Positions 8,493 through 16,851 of a stretch of DNA of 64,000 nucleotides are shown piece by piece. The notes beneath the pieces were generated by a model. The model had not been told where the DNA came from, did no database searches, and was given only the letters and a program-made list of their open reading frames with translations. Within the stretch, counting starts at the first letter, position 1. Every line of letters starts with the position of its first letter. This DNA comes from Candidatus Onthoplasma sp. (GTDB lineage Bacteria > Bacillota > Clostridia > Christensenellales > UBA1242): NCBI GenBank assembly GCA_045578345.1, contig JAZNKB010000006.1, forward strand, positions 102,911 to 166,910, read 5' to 3'. A program made the position numbers and the translations under genes.

Positions 8493-9152
8493 ATGCCAAT
8501 AACAGCAAAAATGGTAGCTGAATTAAGAGAAATGACTGGTGCAGGTATGATGGACTGCAAAAAGGCTTTGGTTGAAGCTAATGGAAATATGGACAAAGCC
8601 GTTGAAATTCTTCGTGAAAGCGGAGCTGCAAAAGCTGCTAAAAAACAAAGCAGAATTGCTGCAGAAGGAACAATTGAATGTTACATCCACGGTGGTGGTG
8701 CATTTGCAGCTTTAGTTGAAGGTAACTGTGAAACTGACTTCGTTGCTAAAAACCCAGAATTTAAAGAATTTTTGCACAATGTTGCAATGCAAGTTGTTGC
8801 AAATCGTCCACTTTGTGTTAACATTGAAGAACTTCCAGCTGAAAAAGAACAAGAAGAAAGAAAAATCTATCGTGCTCAACTTTTGAATGAAGGAAAACCT
8901 GAAGCAATGGTTGATAAAATCGTTGATGGAAAAATCAAAAAATACTATGATGAAGTTGTTCTTATGGAACAAGTTTACATCAAAGATCCAGATGGTAAGA
9001 AGAAAGTTAAAGACGTTTTAGCTGAACTTACTGCAAAAATCGGTGAAAAACTTACAATCAGAAGATTCCACCTTATGGTTATGGGTGAAGGTCTTGAAAA
9101 GAGAAATGACGACTTTGCAGCCGAAGTAGCAGCACAATCAAAGAAAAACTAA
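8493..9152 (+). CDS. tsf: elongation factor Ts (short form)
   Basis: [19 protein letters not shown] signature; follows rpsB. Confidence 0.95.
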   Translation: MPITAKMVAELREMTGAGMMDCKKALVEANGNMDKAVEILRESGAAKAAKKQSRIAAEGTIECYIHGGGAFAALVEGNCETDFVAKNPEFKEFLHNVAMQVVANRPLCVNIEELPAEKEQEERKIYRAQLLNEGKPEAMVDKIVDGKIKKYYDEVVLMEQVYIKDPDGKKKVKDVLAELTAKIGEKLTIRRFHLMVMGEGLEKRNDDFAAEVAAQSKKN

Positions 9153-9170
9153 TATCTTAGTTTGAAAGGA

Positions 9171-9201
9171 ATAGCAAGTTAAATTACTTGCTATTTTTTT
9201 T
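9171..9201 (+). terminator. rho-independent terminator
   Basis: ATAGCAAGT/ACTTGCTAT 9-bp stem plus T8. Confidence 0.8.
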
Positions 9202-9449
9202 AAAATAAGGTATTATAGATAACGATATGTGCTGAATTGATTTAAACAATCAATTCTTTTAATTCATAAAAATATATAATATTTTTAATTATGGGAGGAA
9301 TGTTCTTGTAAAAAACAAGATATATAACTCCTTACAAGCAAATCAATCAAATTAAAGGAGAAATTATATTGATTTAATTTAAACCATATATTATCTCTTT
9401 TAAATCTTGTCTATTTACAAGTAAAAAACAATAGTAAAAAGGAGAAATT

Positions 9450-10016
9450 ATGAACGAAATGACAGAAATGGCTCTTATGGAGTATGAAGAAAATTTAGAT
9501 AAGGTATACAACAGATTTTTGGATAATCTTTTAATGATTCGTGTTGGAAGAGCAAATCCAAAACTCATTGAAAATATTAAGGTTGACTATTATGGAACAA
9601 AAGCTCCAATAATTCAAACAAGTAACATCATGGTTCAAGATGCAAGAATGTTGGTTGTAGCCCCATATGATGCAAGCACTTTGCGTGACATTAAAATCGG
9701 AATTGAAGCAGCAAACTTGGGTGTTTCAGTTAGTGACGATGGAAAAATTATTCGTGTTGGCTTCCCAATGCTTACCGAAGAAAGACGTAAGGAATACACT
9801 AAAGATGCAAAACGCTTGTTGGAAGAATGTAAGGTTGCAATGAGAAATGCACGTCGTGATTGCCTTGATGTTTTCAAAGACGCAAAAAAGAATAGTGAAA
9901 TCAGTGAAGATGAGTATGCAACACTTGATAAAGAGGTTCAAAAGAAATTGGACGCATTCACCGAAAAAGCAGACATAAGTTGTGACAAGAAAATTGCAGA
10001 AATTATGGAGGTTTAG
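9450..10016 (+). CDS. frr: ribosome recycling factor
   Basis: LLMIRVGRANPKLIENIKVDYYG signature. Confidence 0.95.
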   Translation: MNEMTEMALMEYEENLDKVYNRFLDNLLMIRVGRANPKLIENIKVDYYGTKAPIIQTSNIMVQDARMLVVAPYDASTLRDIKIGIEAANLGVSVSDDGKIIRVGFPMLTEERRKEYTKDAKRLLEECKVAMRNARRDCLDVFKDAKKNSEISEDEYATLDKEVQKKLDAFTEKADISCDKKIAEIMEV

Positions 10017-10017
10017 T

Positions 10018-10737
10018 TTGAATATCGAAAAGATAAAAAACGATCCTCGTATGCCAAAGCACATTGCTCTCATTATTGATGGCAATGGGCGTTGGGCAAA
10101 ACAACGTGGTTTGCCAAGGAGTGCTGGTCACAAAGTTGGTTTTGAAAACCTAAAAAAACATATTGAGTATTGTCAAGAATTAGGAATTAAAAACCTGTCA
10201 ATATATTGTTTTTCAAAGCAAAACTGGAATAGACCAGAACAAGAAGTTAAATATTTAATGGACACATTTAACCAAGTTCTAGATGAATATAAAAAAGAGT
10301 ATGCAGATAAAGACGTAAGAATTATAATCTGCGGTGACATGGAAGATCCTCGTCTTAGTGAAGAAGTTAGACGAAAAGCAAAAGAACTTATGAAAATGAC
10401 CAAGGATAGAACTGGTTTTGTTCTTAATGCTTGCATTAACTATGGTGGAAGAGAAGAAATCTTAAATGCTGTTAACAAAATTATCGAGTCAGGTGAAAAA
10501 GATATTGACGCAAAAACTTTCGAAAAGTATTTATACACCGCAGATTTGTTGCCTGTTGACTTTATCATAAGAACTTCTGGCGAACAAAGAACAAGCAACT
10601 TTTTGCCTTGGCAGGCAACATACAGCGAATGGTATTTTCCAAAAACATACTGGCCAAGTTTCTCAAAGAAAGACTTAATTAAAGCATTACAAAGTTACAT
10701 GAAGAGAAATCGTAGATTTGGCGCAATAAAAGGGTAG
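10018..10737 (+). CDS. uppS: undecaprenyl diphosphate synthase
   Basis: HIALIIDGNGRWA and RTSGEQRTSNFLPWQ motifs. TTG 10018 has a GGAGG RBS; the track alternative is GTG 9982. Confidence 0.92.
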   Translation: MNIEKIKNDPRMPKHIALIIDGNGRWAKQRGLPRSAGHKVGFENLKKHIEYCQELGIKNLSIYCFSKQNWNRPEQEVKYLMDTFNQVLDEYKKEYADKDVRIIICGDMEDPRLSEEVRRKAKELMKMTKDRTGFVLNACINYGGREEILNAVNKIIESGEKDIDAKTFEKYLYTADLLPVDFIIRTSGEQRTSNFLPWQATYSEWYFPKTYWPSFSKKDLIKALQSYMKRNRRFGAIKG

Positions 10738-10739
10738 AA

Positions 10740-11645
10740 ATGAAACAAAGATCTATAACTAGCATTTACATAGTTTTGGCTTCAGTCCTTGCGATTTTAA
10801 GCAAACTTTTGCCACATCAAATTGGTGATTATATTTTTGATATATTCATTTTGGGTGTGACAATTGTTGCAGGCTTTGAAATTTGCAATATGCTTGAAGC
10901 AAACAAGAGAAAAGTAAATAAACTAATGGCATCAATGTATTGTGTCGTTAATTACATAACATTGTTAATTTGTCAGAACAAAGTTAAATTCTATGAAATC
11001 TTGCTCATTGAAGTTGTTGTGTTGTTTGCATACTGGCTTGTTTCTTTGCTTATTGAATTTTTTAAAGACAAAAACATCCCAGCGAAGCAACATCTGGTTA
11101 CAAGCTTAAACACACTTCTTGCGTGCATATATCCAAGCTTTTTCTTCTGCTTGCTGTTGAACTTTAATCATGCAGATAGATTTTATGCAGGTGTTGAATA
11201 CTTCTCATTTGTTTTCATTATCATGTTGTTTGCAATAACATGGTTAACTGACACGTTCGCATATCTAGTTGGTAGAACACTAAAGGGTCCAAAACTTGCT
11301 CCAAAAATTAGTCCAAATAAGACAATTAGTGGAGCAATTGGCGGTCTTATTGGTGGTATTGTAGGCGCAATGCTTGTGTATTTGTTAACATATAACGTGT
11401 CAGCATTATCTGGAGTTTTGTCTAAATTCGATTTAACTTGGTGGCATTTCTTACTTATCGGTTTGTTTGGCTCAGTTTTAGGACAAATAGGTGATTTGTT
11501 TGAAAGCAAACTTAAACGTAATGCCGGAGTGAAAGATAGTGGGAATATTTTTCCTGGTCACGGCGGTATGTTAGACAGAATTGATGCAATGATATTTATA
11601 TCAACTTTTGTCTATATTGTTATATTTTTCATTTTATTGCAATAA
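10740..11645 (+). CDS. cdsA: phosphatidate cytidylyltransferase
   Basis: Multi-TM protein with C-terminal PGHGGMLDRIDA signature. Confidence 0.9.
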   Translation: MKQRSITSIYIVLASVLAILSKLLPHQIGDYIFDIFILGVTIVAGFEICNMLEANKRKVNKLMASMYCVVNYITLLICQNKVKFYEILLIEVVVLFAYWLVSLLIEFFKDKNIPAKQHLVTSLNTLLACIYPSFFFCLLLNFNHADRFYAGVEYFSFVFIIMLFAITWLTDTFAYLVGRTLKGPKLAPKISPNKTISGAIGGLIGGIVGAMLVYLLTYNVSALSGVLSKFDLTWWHFLLIGLFGSVLGQIGDLFESKLKRNAGVKDSGNIFPGHGGMLDRIDAMIFISTFVYIVIFFILLQ

Positions 11646-11657
11646 TTAATTCTATAT

Positions 11658-12824
11658 ATGATTTCAACATTATTAAGCGCATCATCAACATTCAAGTATA
11701 TTGGCTATATTCTTATAGCCATTCTTGTTTTATTGTTTATGGTGCTTATTCACGAACTGGGACATTATATTGCTGGAAAAATATTGAAGTTCAAAATAAA
11801 TGAATTTAGTATTGGTTTTGGCCCAAAAATTTTTCAAAGAAAAAATAAACAAGGTGAATTGGTTTCACTTAGAGCATTTCCTTTAGGTGGTTATTGCGCT
11901 TTTGAAGGTGAAACTGAAGAGAATAAGGACAACCCTCAAGCATTCAATAATCAAAAACCTTGGAAACGCTTAATTGTTTTGTTTTGTGGGGCTTTCTTTA
12001 ACTTCTTAAGTGGTATTATTTTCTCTTTCATTTTGCTTATTTCATCAGGTTATGATTTGGTTCAAGTGAAAAACGTTGATGCAACATCAATTAATTATAA
12101 TTGCTTGCAGTCTGGTGATGTTATTTACGGAATTGAAAATAGACAAATTGATTTCGTTGATGATGAATATTTCTCATCATTGATATCAAGATATCTTACT
12201 ATTTATCATTCTGATTATAATGGTGATGTTACACTAGAAATAAATAGCTTCACTGAAGATGGTAAAACATATTTCTTAGTTAAAACTCCAATAACTTTCA
12301 ACGTTAAGCGTGACGGAAAAAAAATAGAAGTTGAGGGATATGTTAACACAATATACGATTCAAATGGAGTATATTCGGGTTGGACATTACTTGCGTCTGA
12401 AGATGAAAACAGCAAAGAATTTGGACTTCGAACTTATAAATATTCTTTCTTTGAAGCATTAACGGAGGCAGTTCCATTTACTTGTAAATGGGCATGGAAA
12501 GTTCTTGTGATATTTGGTCAATTGTTAACTGGTCAATTATCAATCACTTCGCTAGGAGGCCCTGTTACAACCGTTAAAATGATTGCAAATTATACACAAC
12601 AAAATATGCTATTATTATTATTACCATTGATTGCTGTTAATCTTGCAGTTTTCAATTTGCTTCCAATTCCAGCGTTAGATGGATTCCAAATGATATTTGT
12701 TGCGATTGAGTGGATAAGGAAAAAACCTGTAAAACGTGAAATTGTCAATATGGTTAATAACATCGGTTTGATTGCTTTGTTTGGCTTTGTGATAGTGGTT
12801 GATATATTGCAATTTATACTATAA
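11658..12824 (+). CDS. rseP: RIP site-2 metalloprotease RseP/RasP
   Basis: HELGHY zinc motif and NLLPIPALDG motif. Confidence 0.88.
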   Translation: MISTLLSASSTFKYIGYILIAILVLLFMVLIHELGHYIAGKILKFKINEFSIGFGPKIFQRKNKQGELVSLRAFPLGGYCAFEGETEENKDNPQAFNNQKPWKRLIVLFCGAFFNFLSGIIFSFILLISSGYDLVQVKNVDATSINYNCLQSGDVIYGIENRQIDFVDDEYFSSLISRYLTIYHSDYNGDVTLEINSFTEDGKTYFLVKTPITFNVKRDGKKIEVEGYVNTIYDSNGVYSGWTLLASEDENSKEFGLRTYKYSFFEALTEAVPFTCKWAWKVLVIFGQLLTGQLSITSLGGPVTTVKMIANYTQQNMLLLLLPLIAVNLAVFNLLPIPALDGFQMIFVAIEWIRKKPVKREIVNMVNNIGLIALFGFVIVVDILQFIL

Positions 12825-12840
12825 ATAAGCATAATTATGA

Positions 12841-12872
12841 TTGGGAGTGTGTTGACACTCTCAATTTTTTTT
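12841..12872 (+). terminator. rho-independent terminator
   Basis: 10-bp stem TTGGGAGTGT/ACACTCTCAA plus T8. Confidence 0.8.
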
Positions 12873-12880
12873 GCTATAAT
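12852..12880 (+). promoter_or_regulatory. consensus sigma-A promoter embedded in the rseP terminator; TSS at ATG 12887 (leaderless candidate)
   Basis: TTGACA 12852-12857, 17 nt, TGc-TATAAT 12875-12880, 6 nt, ATG. No SD. Confidence 0.6.
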
Positions 12881-12886
12881 CCAAGT

Positions 12887-14416
12887 ATGAGAGAAGGAAT
12901 TGAAATCTTAGATTTGATTTACCAAGGACTAAAATTTAAAGATGCTGTTTACACGGAAAAAACGAACACTTGTGTAATTAATTTTTTATATAATCCTGAA
13001 AATTTCACACCAAATGAAGAAAATAAAACAACAATCATCACAAAGGTTAAGGAACTAATCGGGGATTTTATCCGTTTTGAGTTGGTGTTTAAGAGTTGTC
13101 CGTTAGATAAACGTGCCATTGCGAATCATACATACACAACAATTATTAATAACTTTCCATCGATTTCCAAAAGTTTTACATACGATGATGTTTCTGTTGA
13201 AATAGAGAATTTAAAAGTAACAATTAAGTTAAAACTAACGCCATCTAGTTATGATCATGCCAAAAGCCTTAACAGAGAATCAATAATTGAAGATAAACTT
13301 AAAGATAGTTTCTTTGCGGATTTCGTTGTTTCTTTTGATAAAAAGGATGATGAAATTGAATCTTCAAATCAAATTGAAAAGAATATGGAGCTCATGGCAA
13401 GCATCAAGGAAGCAGAAGAAAAAACAGTATATGAACTATCAAATATCGCCGATATCATAGGCAAAAATGAATATTCTCTTGCAATTGATTACACAAAAGT
13501 TAAAACCGCAATTGAAAACGTTGTTATCTGCGGTGAAGTTACAACTATTCAAAAGAAAACTTATAAGCGCAAAATAACTAAAAACAAGGAAGAAACTGAA
13601 ATTGAGCGCACGTTCTATAACTTTTCAATTAAGAATGATAATAAAGTGCTTTATTGCTCAGTTTTCCCAAAACAGCATGATGAAATCAAAGGTGATTTAA
13701 TTGAAGTTGGAATGAAAATTTGTTGTTTTGGTTCTTTCCGTGAGTTTAATGGAAAACTTAATTTTACAGCGAACTCCATTGCACGTTGCGACTATAAAAG
13801 AGAAGAGATAAAATCTGGTTTTAAGCACGTAAACGAAGATTATCACACTATATTACCTGAAAAATATATTGACTATGAGCAAGCGGGGCTTTTTGATGAC
13901 GACTCTAAAACTTTTGATGGTACATATGTTGTTTTCGACGTTGAAACAACCGGGTTGGATCCACTTAAAGAAGAGATAATTGAAATTGGAGCATGTAAGG
14001 TTGTTAATGGCAGAATTGATGAAGTATTTTCAACTTTTATAAAACCATCAAAACATATTCCAAGAGAAATCACAGAGCTAACAAGCATTAATGATGACAT
14101 GGTTAAAGATGCTCCAACAATAAATTATGTGATGCCAGACTTCTATAAATTTTGTGACGGAGCAACAATTGTGGCACAAAATACAGCGTTTGACATGTCT
14201 TTCATACACAATATCTCGAAGAAGTTGTCATATAATTTTAATCATCCAACAATGGATACATTGGTAATGGCAAGACAGAAACTTCCAGGGCTTAAAAACT
14301 ATAAACTTGGAACAATAGTCGAAAAATTGAATATAAGTTTGGAAAACGCGCATAGAGCAATTGATGACGCAACAGCAACCGCCAAAGCATTTATTAAACT
14401 TATGAATATGGCATAA
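12887..14416 (+). CDS. PolC-like protein: PolC N-terminal region, OB fold and DnaQ-type 3'-5' exonuclease, with no PHP or polymerase domains
   Basis: YVVFDVETTGL, IVAQNTAFDMSFI and HRAIDDATATAKAF (Exo I-III) closely resemble the PolC exonuclease. An OB-like segment lies upstream. The gene occupies the polC position between rseP and rimP. Confidence 0.75.
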   Translation: MREGIEILDLIYQGLKFKDAVYTEKTNTCVINFLYNPENFTPNEENKTTIITKVKELIGDFIRFELVFKSCPLDKRAIANHTYTTIINNFPSISKSFTYDDVSVEIENLKVTIKLKLTPSSYDHAKSLNRESIIEDKLKDSFFADFVVSFDKKDDEIESSNQIEKNMELMASIKEAEEKTVYELSNIADIIGKNEYSLAIDYTKVKTAIENVVICGEVTTIQKKTYKRKITKNKEETEIERTFYNFSIKNDNKVLYCSVFPKQHDEIKGDLIEVGMKICCFGSFREFNGKLNFTANSIARCDYKREEIKSGFKHVNEDYHTILPEKYIDYEQAGLFDDDSKTFDGTYVVFDVETTGLDPLKEEIIEIGACKVVNGRIDEVFSTFIKPSKHIPREITELTSINDDMVKDAPTINYVMPDFYKFCDGATIVAQNTAFDMSFIHNISKKLSYNFNHPTMDTLVMARQKLPGLKNYKLGTIVEKLNISLENAHRAIDDATATAKAFIKLMNMA

Positions 14417-14570
14417 GGGACCTTCGTTCTTTAAACTTGCCAAGATGGAAGTTTTGTATTTCCCTCTCACTAAGAAGCAAGCATAATCGTTCAAGGAAAA
14501 CACAAAACTCCTATAAATGCATAAGTTCAAACAAATTCAAAAAAATTATATGAAAATATTATAAAAACTA

Positions 14571-14599
14571 TTGATTTATTAGAAGTTGTATGTTATAAT
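14571..14599 (+). promoter_or_regulatory. rimP-nusA-infB operon promoter
   Basis: TTGATT 14571-14576, 17 nt, TGt-TATAAT 14594-14599. Confidence 0.6.
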
Positions 14600-14611
14600 A
14601 CAAATAACTAC

Positions 14612-14646
14612 TAGGAGTGGCCGGCGCCACTCCTAATTGATTTTTA
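14612..14646 (+). promoter_or_regulatory. GC-rich leader hairpin with interrupted U-tract (candidate attenuator)
   Basis: TAGGAGTGGC-CGGC-GCCACTCCTA 10-bp stem, then ATTGATTTTTA, about 12 nt after the predicted TSS. Confidence 0.5.
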
Positions 14647-14708
14647 TAGGGTGTGACCAAATGTTTTGGAAAACCTATTATGAAAAAATCTATATTTGGG
14701 GAGTAAAA

Positions 14709-15161
14709 ATGAAAGTTGCAGATTTAGTTTATGAAAAAATTAATCCACTTTTCACTGGTGATATTCAACTTGTTGAAGTGGAATATGCAAAAAAAAATGA
14801 CGGAATGCATTTAATAATTTACATTGAAAAGGAAACTGGTGTAACAGTTGATGATTGCGTGGAAGTGAGTCGCCTTATTGATGAACCATTGGAAGAGTTG
14901 AATCCAACTGGAGACGCACCATATTATTTGGATATTTCATCATATGGATTAGATAAACCACTTAAATATGATTGGCAATTTAAGAAATACGAAAATAAAC
15001 AAGTTAATGTGAAATTGTATGCAAAAATTGATGGAAGAAAGGAATTTGTTGCAACATTAAAACAAAAAACTGAAGATAGTGTTATTTTAAGTGTTGATGA
15101 TGAAAACATAAAAATAAACCTTAAAGACATTGCATATATTACACCATATATAGAGTTTTAA
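14709..15161 (+). CDS. rimP: ribosome maturation factor RimP
   Basis: Position upstream of nusA. GGGGAG RBS before ATG 14709; track ORF starts at TTG 14637. Confidence 0.9.
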   Translation: MKVADLVYEKINPLFTGDIQLVEVEYAKKNDGMHLIIYIEKETGVTVDDCVEVSRLIDEPLEELNPTGDAPYYLDISSYGLDKPLKYDWQFKKYENKQVNVKLYAKIDGRKEFVATLKQKTEDSVILSVDDENIKINLKDIAYITPYIEF

Positions 15162-15182
15162 AAGAAGGAGTTTTAATTTAAT

Positions 15183-16307
15183 ATGACTAGTAAAGATTTT
15201 TTTGAAGCATTAAAAGATTTAGAAGCAGAAAGGGGTATTCCTGAAGGAACATTCATCCCAATGTTGGAAAGAGCGTTAACAGCTGCACTTAAAAGACAAA
15301 GTGGTGCGGCACCAAACACAATGGTGAAACTTAATCCAGAAAAGTTCACAATTAAAGCATATTCATATAGAACAGTTGTTGATACAGTTGAAGATGAAGA
15401 AAAAGAAATTAGTTTAGAAGAAGCAAAACAAATTAAAAAGTCTTACAAAGTTGGCGACATGATTATGAAAGAAGAATCAACAAAAGACTTTAACAGAATT
15501 GCTGTTCAAACTGCAAAACAAGTTATCACTCAAGGCATTAAAGAAATTGAAAAACAATCAATTTATAAAGATATTGCTGAAAAAGAAGGCAAAATCATTG
15601 TCGCAAATGTTAAACGTCTTGATGTTGACAATGTTTATCTTGAAATTGGTGGAACAACTTTGGAAGGACTTCTTACAAAACGTGATATGTTGTCAACTGA
15701 TAACTTTAAGCCAGGCGATAGAGCAAAAGTTTATGTTCGTCACATTAAAGATGACTTCCGTGGAACAGTAGTTCAAGTGAGTAGAACTCATCCAAACTTT
15801 GTTAAAATGTTGCTTGAAATGGAAGTTCCTGAATTAAACAATGGTGAAGTCTCAATTGTTGGCTTGGTTCGTGAAGCAGGATTACGTACAAAAATCGCAG
15901 TGTCAACAAGCGTTCAAAATCTTGATGCTGTTGGCGCTTGTATTGGTAATAAAGGCGCAAGAATTAATTCAGTTATCAATGAACTTAATGGAGAAAAGAT
16001 TGACATCATTAATTATAGCGAAAATCCAGCAGATTACATTGTTGCAGCATTAAGTCCAGCAGAAGTTAGTGAAATCACTGTTGACACAGCCGCAGGTGTT
16101 GCAAATGTGCTTGTTCCAGAAAACAAGTTGTCTCTAGCTATTGGTAAAGGCGGACACAACGTTCGTTTGGCAGCAAAACTTACAGGTTATAAAATAGATG
16201 TTAAACCAACTTCAGCATTGGAAGCTCCAAAATCTAATGATGTTTTGAGCACAAGCAGTGCAAACATAATTTTAGATGACGATTTCTTTGATGATATTGA
16301 TGAATAG
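15183..16307 (+). CDS. nusA: transcription termination/antitermination factor NusA
   Basis: S1 and two KH regions (GACIGNKGARINSV, LAIGKGGHNVRLAAKLTG). Confidence 0.97.
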   Translation: MTSKDFFEALKDLEAERGIPEGTFIPMLERALTAALKRQSGAAPNTMVKLNPEKFTIKAYSYRTVVDTVEDEEKEISLEEAKQIKKSYKVGDMIMKEESTKDFNRIAVQTAKQVITQGIKEIEKQSIYKDIAEKEGKIIVANVKRLDVDNVYLEIGGTTLEGLLTKRDMLSTDNFKPGDRAKVYVRHIKDDFRGTVVQVSRTHPNFVKMLLEMEVPELNNGEVSIVGLVREAGLRTKIAVSTSVQNLDAVGACIGNKGARINSVINELNGEKIDIINYSENPADYIVAALSPAEVSEITVDTAAGVANVLVPENKLSLAIGKGGHNVRLAAKLTGYKIDVKPTSALEAPKSNDVLSTSSANIILDDDFFDDIDE

Positions 16308-16316
16308 GAGAAAGTT

Positions 16317-16574
16317 GTGCATATTAAACAAGAACGAAGATGTGTTGCTTGCAAATTAAACAAACATCAAAATGATATGCTAAGAATAGCACGAATTAAT
16401 GACGAATATGTAATTGACGAAAAAAATAATCTTGGTGGTCGCGGTGCATATGTGTGCCGAGACATTAAATGTGTTGAATTAACTATAAAGAAAAGACTTT
16501 TAAATAGGTCTTTTAAAACAAACTTAGATGTAAAAATCTATGAGATGTTAGGAGAGTATGAACAAAATAATTAG
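16317..16574 (+). CDS. ylxR: YlxR/DUF448 RNA-binding protein
   Basis: RRCVACK...GRGAYVC motif; position after nusA. Confidence 0.85.
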   Translation: MHIKQERRCVACKLNKHQNDMLRIARINDEYVIDEKNNLGGRGAYVCRDIKCVELTIKKRLLNRSFKTNLDVKIYEMLGEYEQNN

Positions 16575-16851
16575 TTATTTGGGTTTTGCTCAAAAATCAA
16601 ACAACTGCATTATGGGGCAAACTGCATTGAAAAAAACAATGAAACAGTTGCATCTGATCATTGTTTGTAATTCCGCAAGTCAAAACCTTAAAGATCTTGC
16701 AAAAAACATAGCGAACAAACATAAATGTAAATTTATTGTTTCAAATGTTCCTCTGTCAGATTTAATAAAGTTTGATGATGTTAAAATTGTCGGACTAACA
16801 GAAGAGAATTTAAGTAAAGCAATTATAAAGGAGAAAAACAGTATTGGCTAA
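16558..16851 (+). CDS. ylxQ: L7Ae-family protein YlxQ
   Basis: Size and position between ylxR and infB. Confidence 0.75.
   Translation: MNKIISYLGFAQKSNNCIMGQTALKKTMKQLHLIIVCNSASQNLKDLAKNIANKHKCKFIVSNVPLSDLIKFDDVKIVGLTEENLSKAIIKEKNSIG

Noticed and set aside
14228-14530. 100-aa minus-strand ORF spanning the end of the PolC-like gene and the spacer
   Set aside because: It is antisense to a conserved exonuclease domain, and has no RBS or promoter.
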